Of a stretch of DNA of 64,000 nt, positions 1 through 10,966 are shown in pieces. The translations under genes were made by a program, and so were the position numbers. How positions within the stretch are numbered: the first letter of the stretch is position 1; every line of letters starts with the position of its first letter. Source of the DNA: a virus (taxonomy: Duplodnaviria > Caudoviricetes); IMG/VR virus record IMGVR_UViG_3300031963_009887, positions 24,080 through 88,079 of that record. One strand, 5' to 3'. The notes under the pieces were generated by a model, which saw only the letters and a program-made list of their open reading frames with translations, did no database searches and had not been told where the DNA came from.

Positions 1-1095
1 GGAACAGGGGCGTCTAATAATAATTACGGATGGTTTGAATTGGCTGGTGCTGGAGGTTCAAATTGGGGATTATCACATGTTCCTAGAACTGGTGCTTTTT
101 ATTTTTATTGGGTATCATCGGCTAATGGTGGTGGATATTATGTGTTAAATAACGCTATCCAAGATAATGTTCCTTTACATATGGCTATTACCTTTAATGG
201 GGTTGGTGGAAATAACGCTACAACACTCTATAATAATACTAAAATTTATATCAATGGTGTTTTGCAAACTAATGTAGAAGGTGGTGGTGCCGGTGTAAGT
301 TCTAATAGTGTAATTAGTGTTGGTGGTCAACAATATCCTTTTAAAGGTAACATTTATACTTTTAATTATTATAATAGGGTGTTATCAAATACGGAAATTC
401 AAAATATATATAGTGCTGGAGTACCAATTTATCTCCCATCCCAATCTATAGTTAATCAAGGATTAACAGTTTATTACGATTTTTCAAATCCAAATTGTTA
501 TGGTGGTGAAGGAACAACAATTTATGATTTGAGTGGATATAACAATAACGGAACATTAATAAATGGGACTTCATATAGCACAACAAATGGAGGAGCATTA
601 GTATTTGATGGTGTGGATGATTACGTTCAATTTACTTCAACATATGCGGGTACCATTTGTTTTTGGGGTATAATGGATAACGATATTCCTGGATTGGCAG
701 CTTTAGTGGGTGTTAATGCTACAGGTGATGGTGCTTTAAGATGGTATGGTACTAATTTTAAATCTTTTAGAGGTGCTGTACCACCACCTTATATTGCGGG
801 AGCTGCAGATGCTAACGATTATCAAACTGGTTATCTTAACCAATTTATGATAAATGGTGTATCTAATTTACCATTAGATGGTAATGGGTTTTATATTATT
901 CCAAATAATAGAACATTAGACCAAAATTTCTATGTGGGTGCAATAGGTAATAGAAACGTAAGTACTCTTTCACATACCTTTATGGGTAGAACATATAAAG
1001 GAAAAATATTTAAAGTAATGATTTACAACAGACAATTAACAAATGCCGAATTATTACAAAATTATAATGCTACAAAAGCACAATATGGACTTTAA
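1..1095 (+). CDS. LamG/concanavalin-A-like jelly-roll domain protein, probable tail fibre or receptor-binding subunit (5'-partial; frame is open back to base 1)
   Basis: LamG-type motifs (HMAITFNG...TKIYING, FNYYNRVLSNTEI, DLSGYNNNGTL, FDGVDDY, IYNRQLTNAELLQNYNA); no stop in this frame between bases 1 and 40. Confidence 0.8.
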   Translation, partial: GTGASNNNYGWFELAGAGGSNWGLSHVPRTGAFYFYWVSSANGGGYYVLNNAIQDNVPLHMAITFNGVGGNNATTLYNNTKIYINGVLQTNVEGGGAGVSSNSVISVGGQQYPFKGNIYTFNYYNRVLSNTEIQNIYSAGVPIYLPSQSIVNQGLTVYYDFSNPNCYGGEGTTIYDLSGYNNNGTLINGTSYSTTNGGALVFDGVDDYVQFTSTYAGTICFWGIMDNDIPGLAALVGVNATGDGALRWYGTNFKSFRGAVPPPYIAGAADANDYQTGYLNQFMINGVSNLPLDGNGFYIIPNNRTLDQNFYVGAIGNRNVSTLSHTFMGRTYKGKIFKVMIYNRQLTNAELLQNYNATKAQYGL

Positions 1096-1106
1096 TAAAT
1101 AAAATT

Positions 1107-1364
1107 ATGATACAAATATACGATGAACGCAATTTTTTAATTTTTAACGTAAGTGAAATTAACAAAATTAATTTTGATGAGGTTTTAGAAACATCAGCAA
1201 CTACATTACGAAAGTCAGTTAATGAAACTAAGACATTAATTAAATGGGACGGTGAAGCGCCAGATTTTGTTGCAACAATGACAACAAAAGAAGGTCCTTA
1301 CACCTATGATGAAATATTAACAATTTTGGCAACACCAGAATGGACAGACCCAAACCCAATTTAA
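1107..1364 (+). CDS. Hypothetical 85-aa acidic protein between two LamG genes (possible fibre chaperone)
   Basis: Clean ORF tightly packed in the operon; function only inferred from position. Confidence 0.7.
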   Translation: MIQIYDERNFLIFNVSEINKINFDEVLETSATTLRKSVNETKTLIKWDGEAPDFVATMTTKEGPYTYDEILTILATPEWTDPNPI

Positions 1365-1397
1365 GGTTTGTAAATCTTTAAATTGGTATTTATCATT

Positions 1398-3527
1398 ATG
1401 TCCAAACCAATAGCATATAAGACAGGTTCAGTACAACCACCAAACACGGCAAAACAGTCCAACATCCTTGTAGGTGTTGGTCCCGCAAACTGGGGTGCAG
1501 GTGCGGCAAACGCTACTTTTTACAATAGTGTTGATTCGTCTTATCAATATGTTATTATAAAAAATTCTAACCCACCTTTAATGTGGGGAACGGGTGATTT
1601 TACCAATACAAGTTTATTAACAATAATTAACGGGTTACCAGATAGAGTAGGTTCAACACCATTTACAGGAACTACTACTGCAATAAATTGGTTGTTAGAT
1701 TCAGGAATCTATTCCATGTTAAAAAATGAATTACCTTACGGTGGGTCAATAACTAGTGGGTTAGTATTAGATTTTTGTCCTAAGGTAAACAATTATTTTG
1801 CTAATGGTGATTTTGCTTATGGAACCACAATTGGTTGGGTGGCATATGGTGGTACTATCAGTATTGCGGATATAACAAATGACCGTCCTTATGTTGGTTC
1901 TAAATCAACGAAGGCTTTACAAAATTTAGGAGGTGGGTTTACTTGGGGTAGATATACTAATCCAGTTTATGGTCCGGGCGGATTATTAGTTACAGGACAA
2001 ACTTATACTTTTTCTTTTTGGGGTAAAGTCTTATCGGGACCTAATTTTGATATTAATTGGAATAATCAAAACGGAAGTGGAGATGTAAGTAGTTGGAGCT
2101 ATGGGAATTTTCCAGTTACAACTACTTGGCAAAAATATACCCAAACTTTTACTTATAATATTTCTAAAAATTTTTTATATATTGCTGGAAGTTATGCTGC
2201 TAATACTCAATATGTACTCACAGAATTTCAACTAGAAGATGGAACCACTGCAAACCCATTTTCATCGTTTCCTGTAACTGCGGCTGGTTTAACAATCCCA
2301 AATAATGGTTTATTAAACACGTCAAGTTTTAGTTTGATTAATGGTCCTTATTTAAATGCGATTAACAATGGTAATATTAATCTTGATGGTGTTGATGATT
2401 ATATTCTTTTAACAGATTCAACATTAAAAAATTATACAACAATAACTGCCAATATTTGGATGTATGTTAATAGTACCAATACTTGGGAAACATATTTTTC
2501 ATATAATGCTGAAGAGGCTGGATTATTACAAGGATGGGGAGTAAGAAGACAAAGTAATCTTAATAATTACCAATACTGGGGAGGAACAGGAAATTCAGGA
2601 ATTAAATTATATAAAAATGGAACTCTTATTTCATCTGGTAATACTTCTAGTGTAGTATCAGATGGAACAAATACAACAGGTTCTTGGAATATGATTACTT
2701 TAGTAGCTAATGGTGTTTCGTCTTGGAATACACATAATAGACTAACTATGGGAACTAGAAGTGATAGTGTCAATTCTGCTACCAATATGAACGTTGGCTC
2801 TTTTAATTTATATAATAGAGAATTATCCGCAACCGATATTGTTAATTTATATAATTCACAACTTCCAATATATCAACCAACCGCATTTCCTGTAAATTCA
2901 GGGTTAGTTCTTTTTTTAGATGCTTCAGACCCAAATTCATATACATCAGGTTCAAGTACTTGGAATGATATAAGTGGATATGGAAGTAATATGACTTTAT
3001 TAAATTCACCAACATTTAATTCGGCTAATGGTGGTTTCATTAGTTTTGATAATGTTGATGATTTTGGTTTTATAAATGTAACAAGTGGTAATTTATTGGG
3101 AAATGTAAATATATCTATGGAATTATGGATAAAAAATCCTGTTGGAAATTTTGTAATGAATGGGATTTATGGTAGTTATTTTTCTAGTGGGTTTTATTCG
3201 GGTGGTTTATTAAAAAATAGTGGAGGTTCGGCAGGACCTTCTTGGTCATCAACAGCATCATGGCAACAATGGGTTGCGGTATGGGACCAAACATTAAATC
3301 AAACTAGATTATACGTAAATGGTGTACTAACAGGTACTTCATCCAACACTTCTTGGAGTCCAAGCTCAGGAGGTAAATTAGTATTTGGTGGTGGTGCTCA
3401 GGGTAACGGAACTTATAGTAAAGAAGGTTCTATGGATATTGCAATCTACAGATTTTATAATAAAATACTAACCCAATCTGAAATTATTCAAAATTACAAC
3501 GCAAACAAAACACAATTTGGGTTATAG
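1398..3527 (+). CDS. Multi-LamG domain protein with a carbohydrate-binding-like module, probable tail fibre
   Basis: Repeated LDGVDDY / YNRELSATDI / LDASDPNSY / YNKILTQSEIIQNYNA motifs; CBM-like segment TTWQKYTQTFT; ATG 1398 follows TATTTAT (1387-1393). Confidence 0.8.
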   Translation: MSKPIAYKTGSVQPPNTAKQSNILVGVGPANWGAGAANATFYNSVDSSYQYVIIKNSNPPLMWGTGDFTNTSLLTIINGLPDRVGSTPFTGTTTAINWLLDSGIYSMLKNELPYGGSITSGLVLDFCPKVNNYFANGDFAYGTTIGWVAYGGTISIADITNDRPYVGSKSTKALQNLGGGFTWGRYTNPVYGPGGLLVTGQTYTFSFWGKVLSGPNFDINWNNQNGSGDVSSWSYGNFPVTTTWQKYTQTFTYNISKNFLYIAGSYAANTQYVLTEFQLEDGTTANPFSSFPVTAAGLTIPNNGLLNTSSFSLINGPYLNAINNGNINLDGVDDYILLTDSTLKNYTTITANIWMYVNSTNTWETYFSYNAEEAGLLQGWGVRRQSNLNNYQYWGGTGNSGIKLYKNGTLISSGNTSSVVSDGTNTTGSWNMITLVANGVSSWNTHNRLTMGTRSDSVNSATNMNVGSFNLYNRELSATDIVNLYNSQLPIYQPTAFPVNSGLVLFLDASDPNSYTSGSSTWNDISGYGSNMTLLNSPTFNSANGGFISFDNVDDFGFINVTSGNLLGNVNISMELWIKNPVGNFVMNGIYGSYFSSGFYSGGLLKNSGGSAGPSWSSTASWQQWVAVWDQTLNQTRLYVNGVLTGTSSNTSWSPSSGGKLVFGGGAQGNGTYSKEGSMDIAIYRFYNKILTQSEIIQNYNANKTQFGL

Positions 3528-3529
3528 TA

Positions 3530-3697
3530 TTAATTCTTTTTGTTAATCTGATGAAAGGTTTTCATCAATTTTAAACTGTCCTTGTAGTTCTTTTCAAGAC
3601 GGTCCAATTCTTTTTCGTCAACAACAGACTCCAACGCTTTATTATAAGCGTCCTCAGATTCTCTTATTAATTTTTCTATTGTTTTAAGTAATTTCAT
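3530..3697 (-). CDS. Small 55-aa protein MKLLKTIEKLIRESEDAY... (not in the ORF track)
   Basis: Translated by hand; TATTTAT motif 5 nt upstream on the minus strand (ATAAATA at 3703-3709). Confidence 0.7.
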   Translation of the reverse strand: MKLLKTIEKLIRESEDAYNKALESVVDEKELDRLEKNYKDSLKLMKTFHQINKKN

Positions 3698-3797
3698 TTA
3701 CTATAAATATTTCCATATAAATATAAAGTACAAACAATTCTTTATATTCACTTCATTAGGTAAAAACTTATATTCTTTTATAAATGGAATTTTTATA

Positions 3798-5063
3798 ATG
3801 AAACCTAAGAAAAACTCAAAAATTTTTGTACAGATTGCGTCCTATCGTGACCCACAACTGATTCCAACAATTAAGAACATGTTGGAAAACGCTAAGAACC
3901 CCCAAAACATTACCATTGGTATTGCAAGACAATTTCATCCTGATGATAAATTTGATGATTTATCTGAATATGAAAATGACGATAGATTCAGAATCTTAAA
4001 TATTCCTTATCAAGAAGCTGAAGGTGTTTGTTGGGCGAGACACTTAGTTCAACAACTATATAAAGACGAAGCATATACACTTCAAATTGACTCACATATG
4101 AGGTTTGCACCTGATTGGGATGAAGAAATGATTAACATGGTTAAACAACTTCAAAAGAAAGGACATAAGAAACCATTACTTACAGGATATGTGTCATCAT
4201 TTGACCCTGACAATGACCCAGCGGGTAGGGTACAAGAGCCTTGGAGAATGGCGTTTGATAGATTTATTCCTGAAGGTGCGGTATTCTTCTTACCTGAGAC
4301 AATTCCAAATTGGAGAGAGATGACAGAACCAGTACCAGCAAGATTCTATTCCGCACACTACTGTTTTACCTTAGGACAATTCTCAAAAGAAGTTCAACAC
4401 AATCCGCACTACTATTTTCACGGTGAAGAAATTTCAATTTCAGCAAGAGCTTACACTTGTGGATATGACTTATTCCACCCACATAAAGTATTGATTTGGC
4501 ACGAATATACTCGTAAGGGTAGAACCAAACAATGGGATGATGATAAAGAATGGGTTAGAAGAAATAATCAAGCGCACTTATTGAATAGAAAACTATTTGG
4601 TATGGACGGAGAAGTTCAAGAAGGACATGATGGTCCTTATGGATTCGGAACTACAAGAACATTAAGAGATTACGAAAAATATGCGGGTCTTATTTTTCAA
4701 AAAAGAGCTGTACAACAATACACCTTAGATAAAAAGTATCCACCAAATCCGCAAGAATTTGAAAGTGAAGAAAAATGGTTAGAAAGTTTTGCTAGCATAT
4801 TTAAACATTGTATTGATGTTAATTATGGCTCGGTACCTGAAAAAGATTATGATTTTTGGGTTGTTGCGTTCCACAATGAACAGGATGAAACAATATATAG
4901 AAAAGACGCTGATAAATCTGAAATTAACCAAATGATGAATGACCCTGATGGATATTGTAAAGTATGGAGAGAGTTCCAAACGGCACATAAACCAAAGTAT
5001 TGGGTTGTTTGGCCTCACTCAGAATCTAAAGGATGGTGTGAAAGAATAACTGGCAATTTATAG
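3798..5063 (+). CDS. GlcNAc-transferase of the Skp1-type/GT60-like family (protein O-glycosylation initiator-like)
   Basis: IFVQIASYRD, GVCWAR, LQIDSHMRF..DWDE, FHGEEISISARAYTCGYDLFHP motifs. Confidence 0.8.
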   Translation: MKPKKNSKIFVQIASYRDPQLIPTIKNMLENAKNPQNITIGIARQFHPDDKFDDLSEYENDDRFRILNIPYQEAEGVCWARHLVQQLYKDEAYTLQIDSHMRFAPDWDEEMINMVKQLQKKGHKKPLLTGYVSSFDPDNDPAGRVQEPWRMAFDRFIPEGAVFFLPETIPNWREMTEPVPARFYSAHYCFTLGQFSKEVQHNPHYYFHGEEISISARAYTCGYDLFHPHKVLIWHEYTRKGRTKQWDDDKEWVRRNNQAHLLNRKLFGMDGEVQEGHDGPYGFGTTRTLRDYEKYAGLIFQKRAVQQYTLDKKYPPNPQEFESEEKWLESFASIFKHCIDVNYGSVPEKDYDFWVVAFHNEQDETIYRKDADKSEINQMMNDPDGYCKVWREFQTAHKPKYWVVWPHSESKGWCERITGNL

Positions 5064-5079
5064 TTTATACCCTATAATA

Positions 5080-5919
5080 ATGATAACATTTTATGATGAA
5101 TATGTTCAAGGATTGTCGGGTGGGCATTTTTCAACGTTCAGAAAAAATTTAGGTAATAAATTATTTATTTACGGTGTAAGTAGAGTTGCGTCAGATATAT
5201 TAGATTATGATTTAATTTTACCACCAAACCCATTAATAAGACGGGAGTTAACTAGTGTGGGTAATTATGTAAATGAAAAATTTCCCTTTGGAAGTTTGAC
5301 GGGTAGAAAAAGAGTTGAGTCTCCAACAAAAACTATGGACGACATTGACCTTTTTAATTTTAACGGATTGGAAGGTTTTATTAATCAATTTAATAATCAT
5401 CATATTGAAGTGGTAGGATACTTTACAAAATATGATTATATCAAACCATATAAAGAAAAAATTCGTTCTTATTATTCAAGTTTGGTTAGACCAAAACGTA
5501 ATAATAATGATATGGTCATCATGCTAAGAAACAGTAGAGACGATGCTAGATTTGTATTACCGGATGACTATTATATTAATATTTTAGAAAATGAGTCATT
5601 TGATAAGTTATATGTTGGTTACGACCATTTATATAAACATCAAAGTCTAATCAGTAAAATTGAAAAATATAATCCGATTTATTTGGAGTCAGGAATCTTG
5701 GATATTTTCTCAGAGATAACATCGTTCAATAAAATTGTTGCTTGTCAAGGAACATTTTCATTTTGGGCAAGTTTTTTATCAAACGCAGATAAAATATATT
5801 GGCCAACAACTAACGATGGTCCCAATTCAAACAATGAAGTTTTTGCACAATTTGTTAACTTAAAGGTTGATGACGAAGACCGATACACTTTTGTACCAAT
5901 TAATAACATATATACATGA
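5080..5919 (+). CDS. GT11-like (alpha-1,2-fucosyltransferase-like) glycosyltransferase
   Basis: GYFTKY..., DYYINIL, IVACQGTFSFWASFLS (GT11-type C-terminal motif). Confidence 0.6.
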   Translation: MITFYDEYVQGLSGGHFSTFRKNLGNKLFIYGVSRVASDILDYDLILPPNPLIRRELTSVGNYVNEKFPFGSLTGRKRVESPTKTMDDIDLFNFNGLEGFINQFNNHHIEVVGYFTKYDYIKPYKEKIRSYYSSLVRPKRNNNDMVIMLRNSRDDARFVLPDDYYINILENESFDKLYVGYDHLYKHQSLISKIEKYNPIYLESGILDIFSEITSFNKIVACQGTFSFWASFLSNADKIYWPTTNDGPNSNNEVFAQFVNLKVDDEDRYTFVPINNIYT

Positions 5920-6911
5920 AAAAAACTATAAAATTATCTAGAGCTAGTTTCCCTGGTGTTGGAAATTTTTCTTGGATGAATTACTTTGTAAACATCCTAA
6001 ATAAAAAATATAATGTTGTGATTGACGCAATCAATCCGGACATTGTAATCTATACTAATCAATTTTATCGTGAAAACGAATTAGATTATTACACAAATGA
6101 AACTGTAAGAGGTATTCATCAATATGATGATTCTATTAAAAAAGTTTTTATTAGTGGTGAAGCTAGACCCGATTTTAACGCACATTTAAATAAAGGTGAT
6201 AACTATTATGTTTTAGGTTATGAACATATTGATAATGAGAGATATCTTAGGTTCCCAACTTTAGTATTAGATGCTTTTGTTTTACATAATGAAGGAGGAA
6301 TGTTTGACACACCATTTGATTGGTTAACCAAAAAAAGGGACGGGTCGAAGATACTCGAAAGTAAAAAACATTTTTGTAGTATAGTCCAATCAAGCAACAA
6401 TCCCGACAGAGAAAAATTGTTTGATTTGATTCAAGAGAAACATTTCATTAAATCATCAGGACCTTGGCGTAGAACAGTTCCCGACGAAGAAACACTAAAC
6501 CCTTATCAATACCACAATTATTCAAACAAAGAATACATGGGTAGAATTGATGGACTAACATATAGGGATAAGATTAATTTTTTCTCTGACACAGTGTTTA
6601 ACATTGCCTACCAATTTACAAATACTGATAATTTAACTCAAGAAAAAATTATACACGCTTACGCAGCAAATACAATACCATTATTTTATGGTAATCAATA
6701 TATTGAGGAAGAAGGATTTAATCCTAAATCTTTTATTAACTGTCACAAATTTGAAAGTTTTGAAAGTTTAGTTGAATTTTTAGATGAGTTATATAAAGAT
6801 AATGATAGATTAAAATCATATTTTGAAGAACCAATTTTTGTTGATAATAAATTACCAATTTATTTTAATGAGGATTACATTTTGAATTTTTTTAGTAAAA
6901 TTATTGAGTAG
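5916..6911 (+). CDS. GT10-like (alpha-1,3-fucosyltransferase-like) glycosyltransferase
   Basis: KHFCSIVQSSNNPDRE, KINFFSDTVFNIAYQ, LTQEKIIHAYAANTIPLFYG, FNPKSFIN. Confidence 0.7.
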   Translation: MKKTIKLSRASFPGVGNFSWMNYFVNILNKKYNVVIDAINPDIVIYTNQFYRENELDYYTNETVRGIHQYDDSIKKVFISGEARPDFNAHLNKGDNYYVLGYEHIDNERYLRFPTLVLDAFVLHNEGGMFDTPFDWLTKKRDGSKILESKKHFCSIVQSSNNPDREKLFDLIQEKHFIKSSGPWRRTVPDEETLNPYQYHNYSNKEYMGRIDGLTYRDKINFFSDTVFNIAYQFTNTDNLTQEKIIHAYAANTIPLFYGNQYIEEEGFNPKSFINCHKFESFESLVEFLDELYKDNDRLKSYFEEPIFVDNKLPIYFNEDYILNFFSKIIE

Positions 6912-6912
6912 T

Positions 6913-7590
6913 ATGAAACATATATCATTTAGTCTTTTTGGTTATGACCCAAAATATTATGTTGGGGCTGAAAAAAATATAATAATTAATAAGGAATTGT
7001 TACCTGATTGGACAACAGTCATTTATTATCACCCCGAAAATATATTACAAGGTTATGTTGAAAAACTTACTGAAATGGGCGCAGTAATGATTGATGTTTC
7101 CAAAATTAAATTAGGTGAAAAAGAATCAATACATTTTCCATATTTTTGGAGATTTTTTTCTTTCTTACAAGATATTCCAACAATTGTGAGAGATTTAGAT
7201 AGTAGAATATCTGAAAGAGAAGTTCAATATATTAGAATATGGGAACAAAGTAATGAAGATTATTTTATTATCAGAGACCACCCGTGGCACGCACCCGTGC
7301 CAAGTGGTTTGTTTGGAATCAAAAGAAAAATAAATAAGTTTGAAGAACACTTTATACAATTCGTTAATACGTCTGACTTAAGGTGGGGAACAGACCAAGA
7401 AATTTTACATCAGTATATCAATAATATTGATAAATCCAATGTTTTATATTTTGGTTTTGATAAACAAGACACATACATACCAAGAGACAATCAAGATTTT
7501 TTTATTGGTATACAATTAGACGAAAACGATGAACCAACAAAACCGAGTGGTGTTAAGTGTTTGGAATTTTTAAAAGAATTAAATTTATAA
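6913..7590 (+). CDS. Putative glycosyltransferase (GT-A-like)
   Basis: ISFSLFG..PKY, FWRF, RDLDSRISERE, IIRDHPWH, WGTDQEIL; lies within the GT cluster. Confidence 0.55.
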   Translation: MKHISFSLFGYDPKYYVGAEKNIIINKELLPDWTTVIYYHPENILQGYVEKLTEMGAVMIDVSKIKLGEKESIHFPYFWRFFSFLQDIPTIVRDLDSRISEREVQYIRIWEQSNEDYFIIRDHPWHAPVPSGLFGIKRKINKFEEHFIQFVNTSDLRWGTDQEILHQYINNIDKSNVLYFGFDKQDTYIPRDNQDFFIGIQLDENDEPTKPSGVKCLEFLKELNL

Positions 7591-7593
7591 ATA

Positions 7594-8331
7594 ATGAAAT
7601 ACTGTTTTACAACTTTAGCGGTAAATGAACCGTACGAATCAATTACACCATCTTTCTATAAAGAACTAAGGGATAATACAACCGAATGTGAATTTTTTAT
7701 TACAACCACAAATCATGAACTTCAAAATCAGGGTAATAGAATACACACCAAAGTAATAAACCCACCATTATATGATTCTCGAGGTGGGTTCAATTTTAAT
7801 TTAAATTTAAAAGTATTGTCTTTAAAACATATTTTGGAACACCAAAAAATAACAGGAGATAAACCTGAGTATATTATTTTTACTGATGGTGATTGGAGAA
7901 TGCATAATGGATTTTCAGAAGAAAAAATATTGAACATGTTGTCTTACATGGAAAAAGATGGTTTAGATTTTTTATTCGAAAGACCCGCTCCAATCGGACC
8001 ACATAAAAAAGAACCCGAACAAAGTTTTTTCAAAGATAAACTGTACGATTATGATGTTTTTGAACACAACAAATGGGATGAAGCACACGTTGTTAATGAA
8101 CAATTCTTGGTATTCAAAAATAATTGGAAGTTTAAATTTTTTGTTCAAAGATGGGAACAATTTTTATGGTATAGTATAGCTAATGATATCAGAAATTATC
8201 CAGATGGTTTTGAAATAGGAATTTCAGCTTTAGAAGCTGAAATGAAATATGCATATCAAGGTTATTTTAATTTGATTCAAAATTGTTTTTCTTTTTATAC
8301 TAAACTCGGCGATTTTCACACAAGATTTTAA
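7594..8331 (+). CDS. Putative nucleotide-diphospho-sugar transferase
   Basis: DxD motif in IIFTDGDW; cluster context. Confidence 0.5.
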   Translation: MKYCFTTLAVNEPYESITPSFYKELRDNTTECEFFITTTNHELQNQGNRIHTKVINPPLYDSRGGFNFNLNLKVLSLKHILEHQKITGDKPEYIIFTDGDWRMHNGFSEEKILNMLSYMEKDGLDFLFERPAPIGPHKKEPEQSFFKDKLYDYDVFEHNKWDEAHVVNEQFLVFKNNWKFKFFVQRWEQFLWYSIANDIRNYPDGFEIGISALEAEMKYAYQGYFNLIQNCFSFYTKLGDFHTRF

Positions 8332-9257
8332 TGAAGTCAAAAATAGTTACAGGGTATTGGATGGATGTTGAGGGGTATCCATTTCAAGGAACAAGAGCAA
8401 GTAGAAAACCAAGATATTGGGGTTCGTTAATTAGTCATTGTCGCGGTATAAATTTACCAATAATTTGCTATACCCAAAAAAAAAATCAAGAAGAATTATT
8501 AAGTTTAAAAAACACACATAATTTAGACAATCTTGAAATTAAAATTCTTGAGCTTACTGATATGAAACTTCACAAAGAAATTAGCATTGTTAGAGATAAG
8601 AATTTTGAAAACAATGGTCTTGATGGTAGAGGTACTGAAATAATGTGGGGAAAGTTTCAAGTCTTGGAACAGGAACTTGATGGTTTTGACCGAGTATATT
8701 GGGTTGATATAGGCTTACAACATCCTGGTATCTTTCCTTGGCGTTATTGTGTTCCATTTGGTGATAAATCATACCACAGTGGTAATGGACCTTTAGCTTG
8801 GCAACACAATGAAATGTTACAATACGATTTTACTAAATTATTTAACACGAAAATATTTGAAAAATTGAATGATATTTGTGATAATAAAATTGTTACACTT
8901 GTTGGTTCTAACGCACAAACTAGCTATGAATTCAAACAACATGGGATTATAGATTATGATATTGTAAGAGATTTTCCAATAGGTGGATTAATTGGTGGTG
9001 ACACAATACAACTCAAAAAATATATTGAAGAATTTTGGAAATTATCTGTTGAAGTATTAAAACACAATTTTTTATGTACTGAAGAATCTATTATGAAAGT
9101 AGTTTATGATTTATTTGATAAAAATCACTTGTTAGATTTTTTATTTGACGTTCATCAAACAAATCAACACGACGAATTTCATTTTGAAATGTGGAATAAA
9201 AGTTGGAATAAACCCAAACCTTTATACATGGTTTGGCATGATATATTACAATATTAA
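8331..9257 (+). CDS. HtrL/YibB (WlaTC)-like glycosyltransferase
   Basis: KIVTGYW, YWVDIG, GGLIGG, TEESIM; paralogous to the N-half of the next gene. Confidence 0.6.
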   Translation: MKSKIVTGYWMDVEGYPFQGTRASRKPRYWGSLISHCRGINLPIICYTQKKNQEELLSLKNTHNLDNLEIKILELTDMKLHKEISIVRDKNFENNGLDGRGTEIMWGKFQVLEQELDGFDRVYWVDIGLQHPGIFPWRYCVPFGDKSYHSGNGPLAWQHNEMLQYDFTKLFNTKIFEKLNDICDNKIVTLVGSNAQTSYEFKQHGIIDYDIVRDFPIGGLIGGDTIQLKKYIEEFWKLSVEVLKHNFLCTEESIMKVVYDLFDKNHLLDFLFDVHQTNQHDEFHFEMWNKSWNKPKPLYMVWHDILQY

Positions 9258-9258
9258 T

Positions 9259-10935
9259 ATGAGTAACGTAACAGTTGTAACAGGACTTTGGAATATTAAA
9301 CGTGACGAACTTGGTGAAGGATGGTCAAGGACATTTCAACATTATTTGGATAAATTTGACCAATTATTACAAATTGAAAACAATATGATTATTTTTGGTG
9401 AACCCGAATTAGAATCATTTGTTTTTGAAAGAAGAGATAGGTCAAATACACAATTCATTACAAGAGATAAGGAATGGTTCAAACAAACTGTTCCTTATGA
9501 TAAAATACAAGAGATTAGAAATAATCCTGATTGGTTTGGACAAGCTGGTTGGTTACAAGATTCAACACAAGCAAAACTTGAGTGGTATAATCCTTTGGTA
9601 ATGTCCAAAATGTTCTTGATGAATGATGCAAGAATTATGGACCAATTTAACTCACAACATCTTTATTGGATTGATGCTGGTATTACAAACACAATTCATC
9701 CAGGATATTTTACGCACGATAAAATACAAAACAAATTACCTGAGGTTTTTGATAAGTTTGGTTTTGTTGCGTTTCCATATGATGCAAACAACGAAATTCA
9801 TGGATTCTCATATCCTAAAATAAATTCATATGCTGGTGATGAAGTTAAGTTAGTATGTAGAGGTGGATTATTTGGCGGACCAAAACACGTATTTTCAGAT
9901 ATTAACGGAATATATTACAACATATTATCCGAGACACTAAGAAGTGGATACATGGGTACCGAAGAATCAATCTTTAGTATTATGTTATATAAACATAGTG
10001 ATATGATTGATTATGTTGAAATTGAAGGTAACGGGTTAATTTCAAAGTTCTGTGAAGATTTAAAAAATGATACATACGAAGTTAAAAATATATCAGGTAA
10101 AAAATCATTAAACAAAGATTTAAACATTAATAATTCAGCTCTTTATGTTATAACATTTAATAGTCCAAAACAATTTGAGACATTGATTGAGTCTATGATT
10201 CAATACGACAGAAACTTTTTGGATAGACCAAAAAAATATCTATTGGATAATTCATCAGATTTAGAAACAACTGAAAGATATATTGAGTTATGTAATGAGT
10301 TTGGTTTTGAACACATTAAGAAAGATAATTTAGGTATCTGTGGTGGTAGACAATTTATTGCCGAACATGCCGATGAAAACAATTTTGATTTTTATTTCTT
10401 CTTTGAGGATGACATGTTCTTTTTTCCAAAGAAAGGTGAAGTTTGTAAAAACGGATTCAATAGAACTGTAAATAATTTGTATATTAATTCATTAGAGATT
10501 ACTAAGAAAGAAGACCTTGATTTCTTAAAAATGAATTACACCGAGTTTTATGGTGACAACGGAACTCAATGGTCATGGTATAATGTACCACAACATATTA
10601 GAGAAGAATTTTGGCCAAACAAACCAAATTTACCTGTGATGGGTTTAGACCCAAATGCACCAAAAACCAACTTTAATAAAATATTAACATATAAAGGTAT
10701 TCCATACGCTTTGGGTGATGTTTATTATTGTAATTGGCCACAAGTGGTTACAAAATATGGTAATCAAAAAATGTTTTTAGAAACAAAATGGGCCAGACCT
10801 TTTGAACAAACTTGGATGAGTTTCATATATCAGGAAACAAAAAAAGGTAATATAAACCCTGGATTGTTATTGTTAACACCAACCGAACATGACCGATTTG
10901 ATTTTTATGACGGTTCTTTAAGAAAAGAATCATAA
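9259..10935 (+). CDS. Bifunctional glycosyltransferase-like protein: HtrL/YibB-like N-domain plus GT2-like C-domain
   Basis: TVVTGLWNI, YWIDAG, GGLFGG, GTEESIFS; C-half LLDNSS, NLGICGGRQ, FFFEDD; ATG 9259 chosen over the overlapping upstream start. Confidence 0.65.
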   Translation: MSNVTVVTGLWNIKRDELGEGWSRTFQHYLDKFDQLLQIENNMIIFGEPELESFVFERRDRSNTQFITRDKEWFKQTVPYDKIQEIRNNPDWFGQAGWLQDSTQAKLEWYNPLVMSKMFLMNDARIMDQFNSQHLYWIDAGITNTIHPGYFTHDKIQNKLPEVFDKFGFVAFPYDANNEIHGFSYPKINSYAGDEVKLVCRGGLFGGPKHVFSDINGIYYNILSETLRSGYMGTEESIFSIMLYKHSDMIDYVEIEGNGLISKFCEDLKNDTYEVKNISGKKSLNKDLNINNSALYVITFNSPKQFETLIESMIQYDRNFLDRPKKYLLDNSSDLETTERYIELCNEFGFEHIKKDNLGICGGRQFIAEHADENNFDFYFFFEDDMFFFPKKGEVCKNGFNRTVNNLYINSLEITKKEDLDFLKMNYTEFYGDNGTQWSWYNVPQHIREEFWPNKPNLPVMGLDPNAPKTNFNKILTYKGIPYALGDVYYCNWPQVVTKYGNQKMFLETKWARPFEQTWMSFIYQETKKGNINPGLLLLTPTEHDRFDFYDGSLRKES

Positions 10936-10966
10936 AAAACAAACATTTGATTATTTATAATATAAT

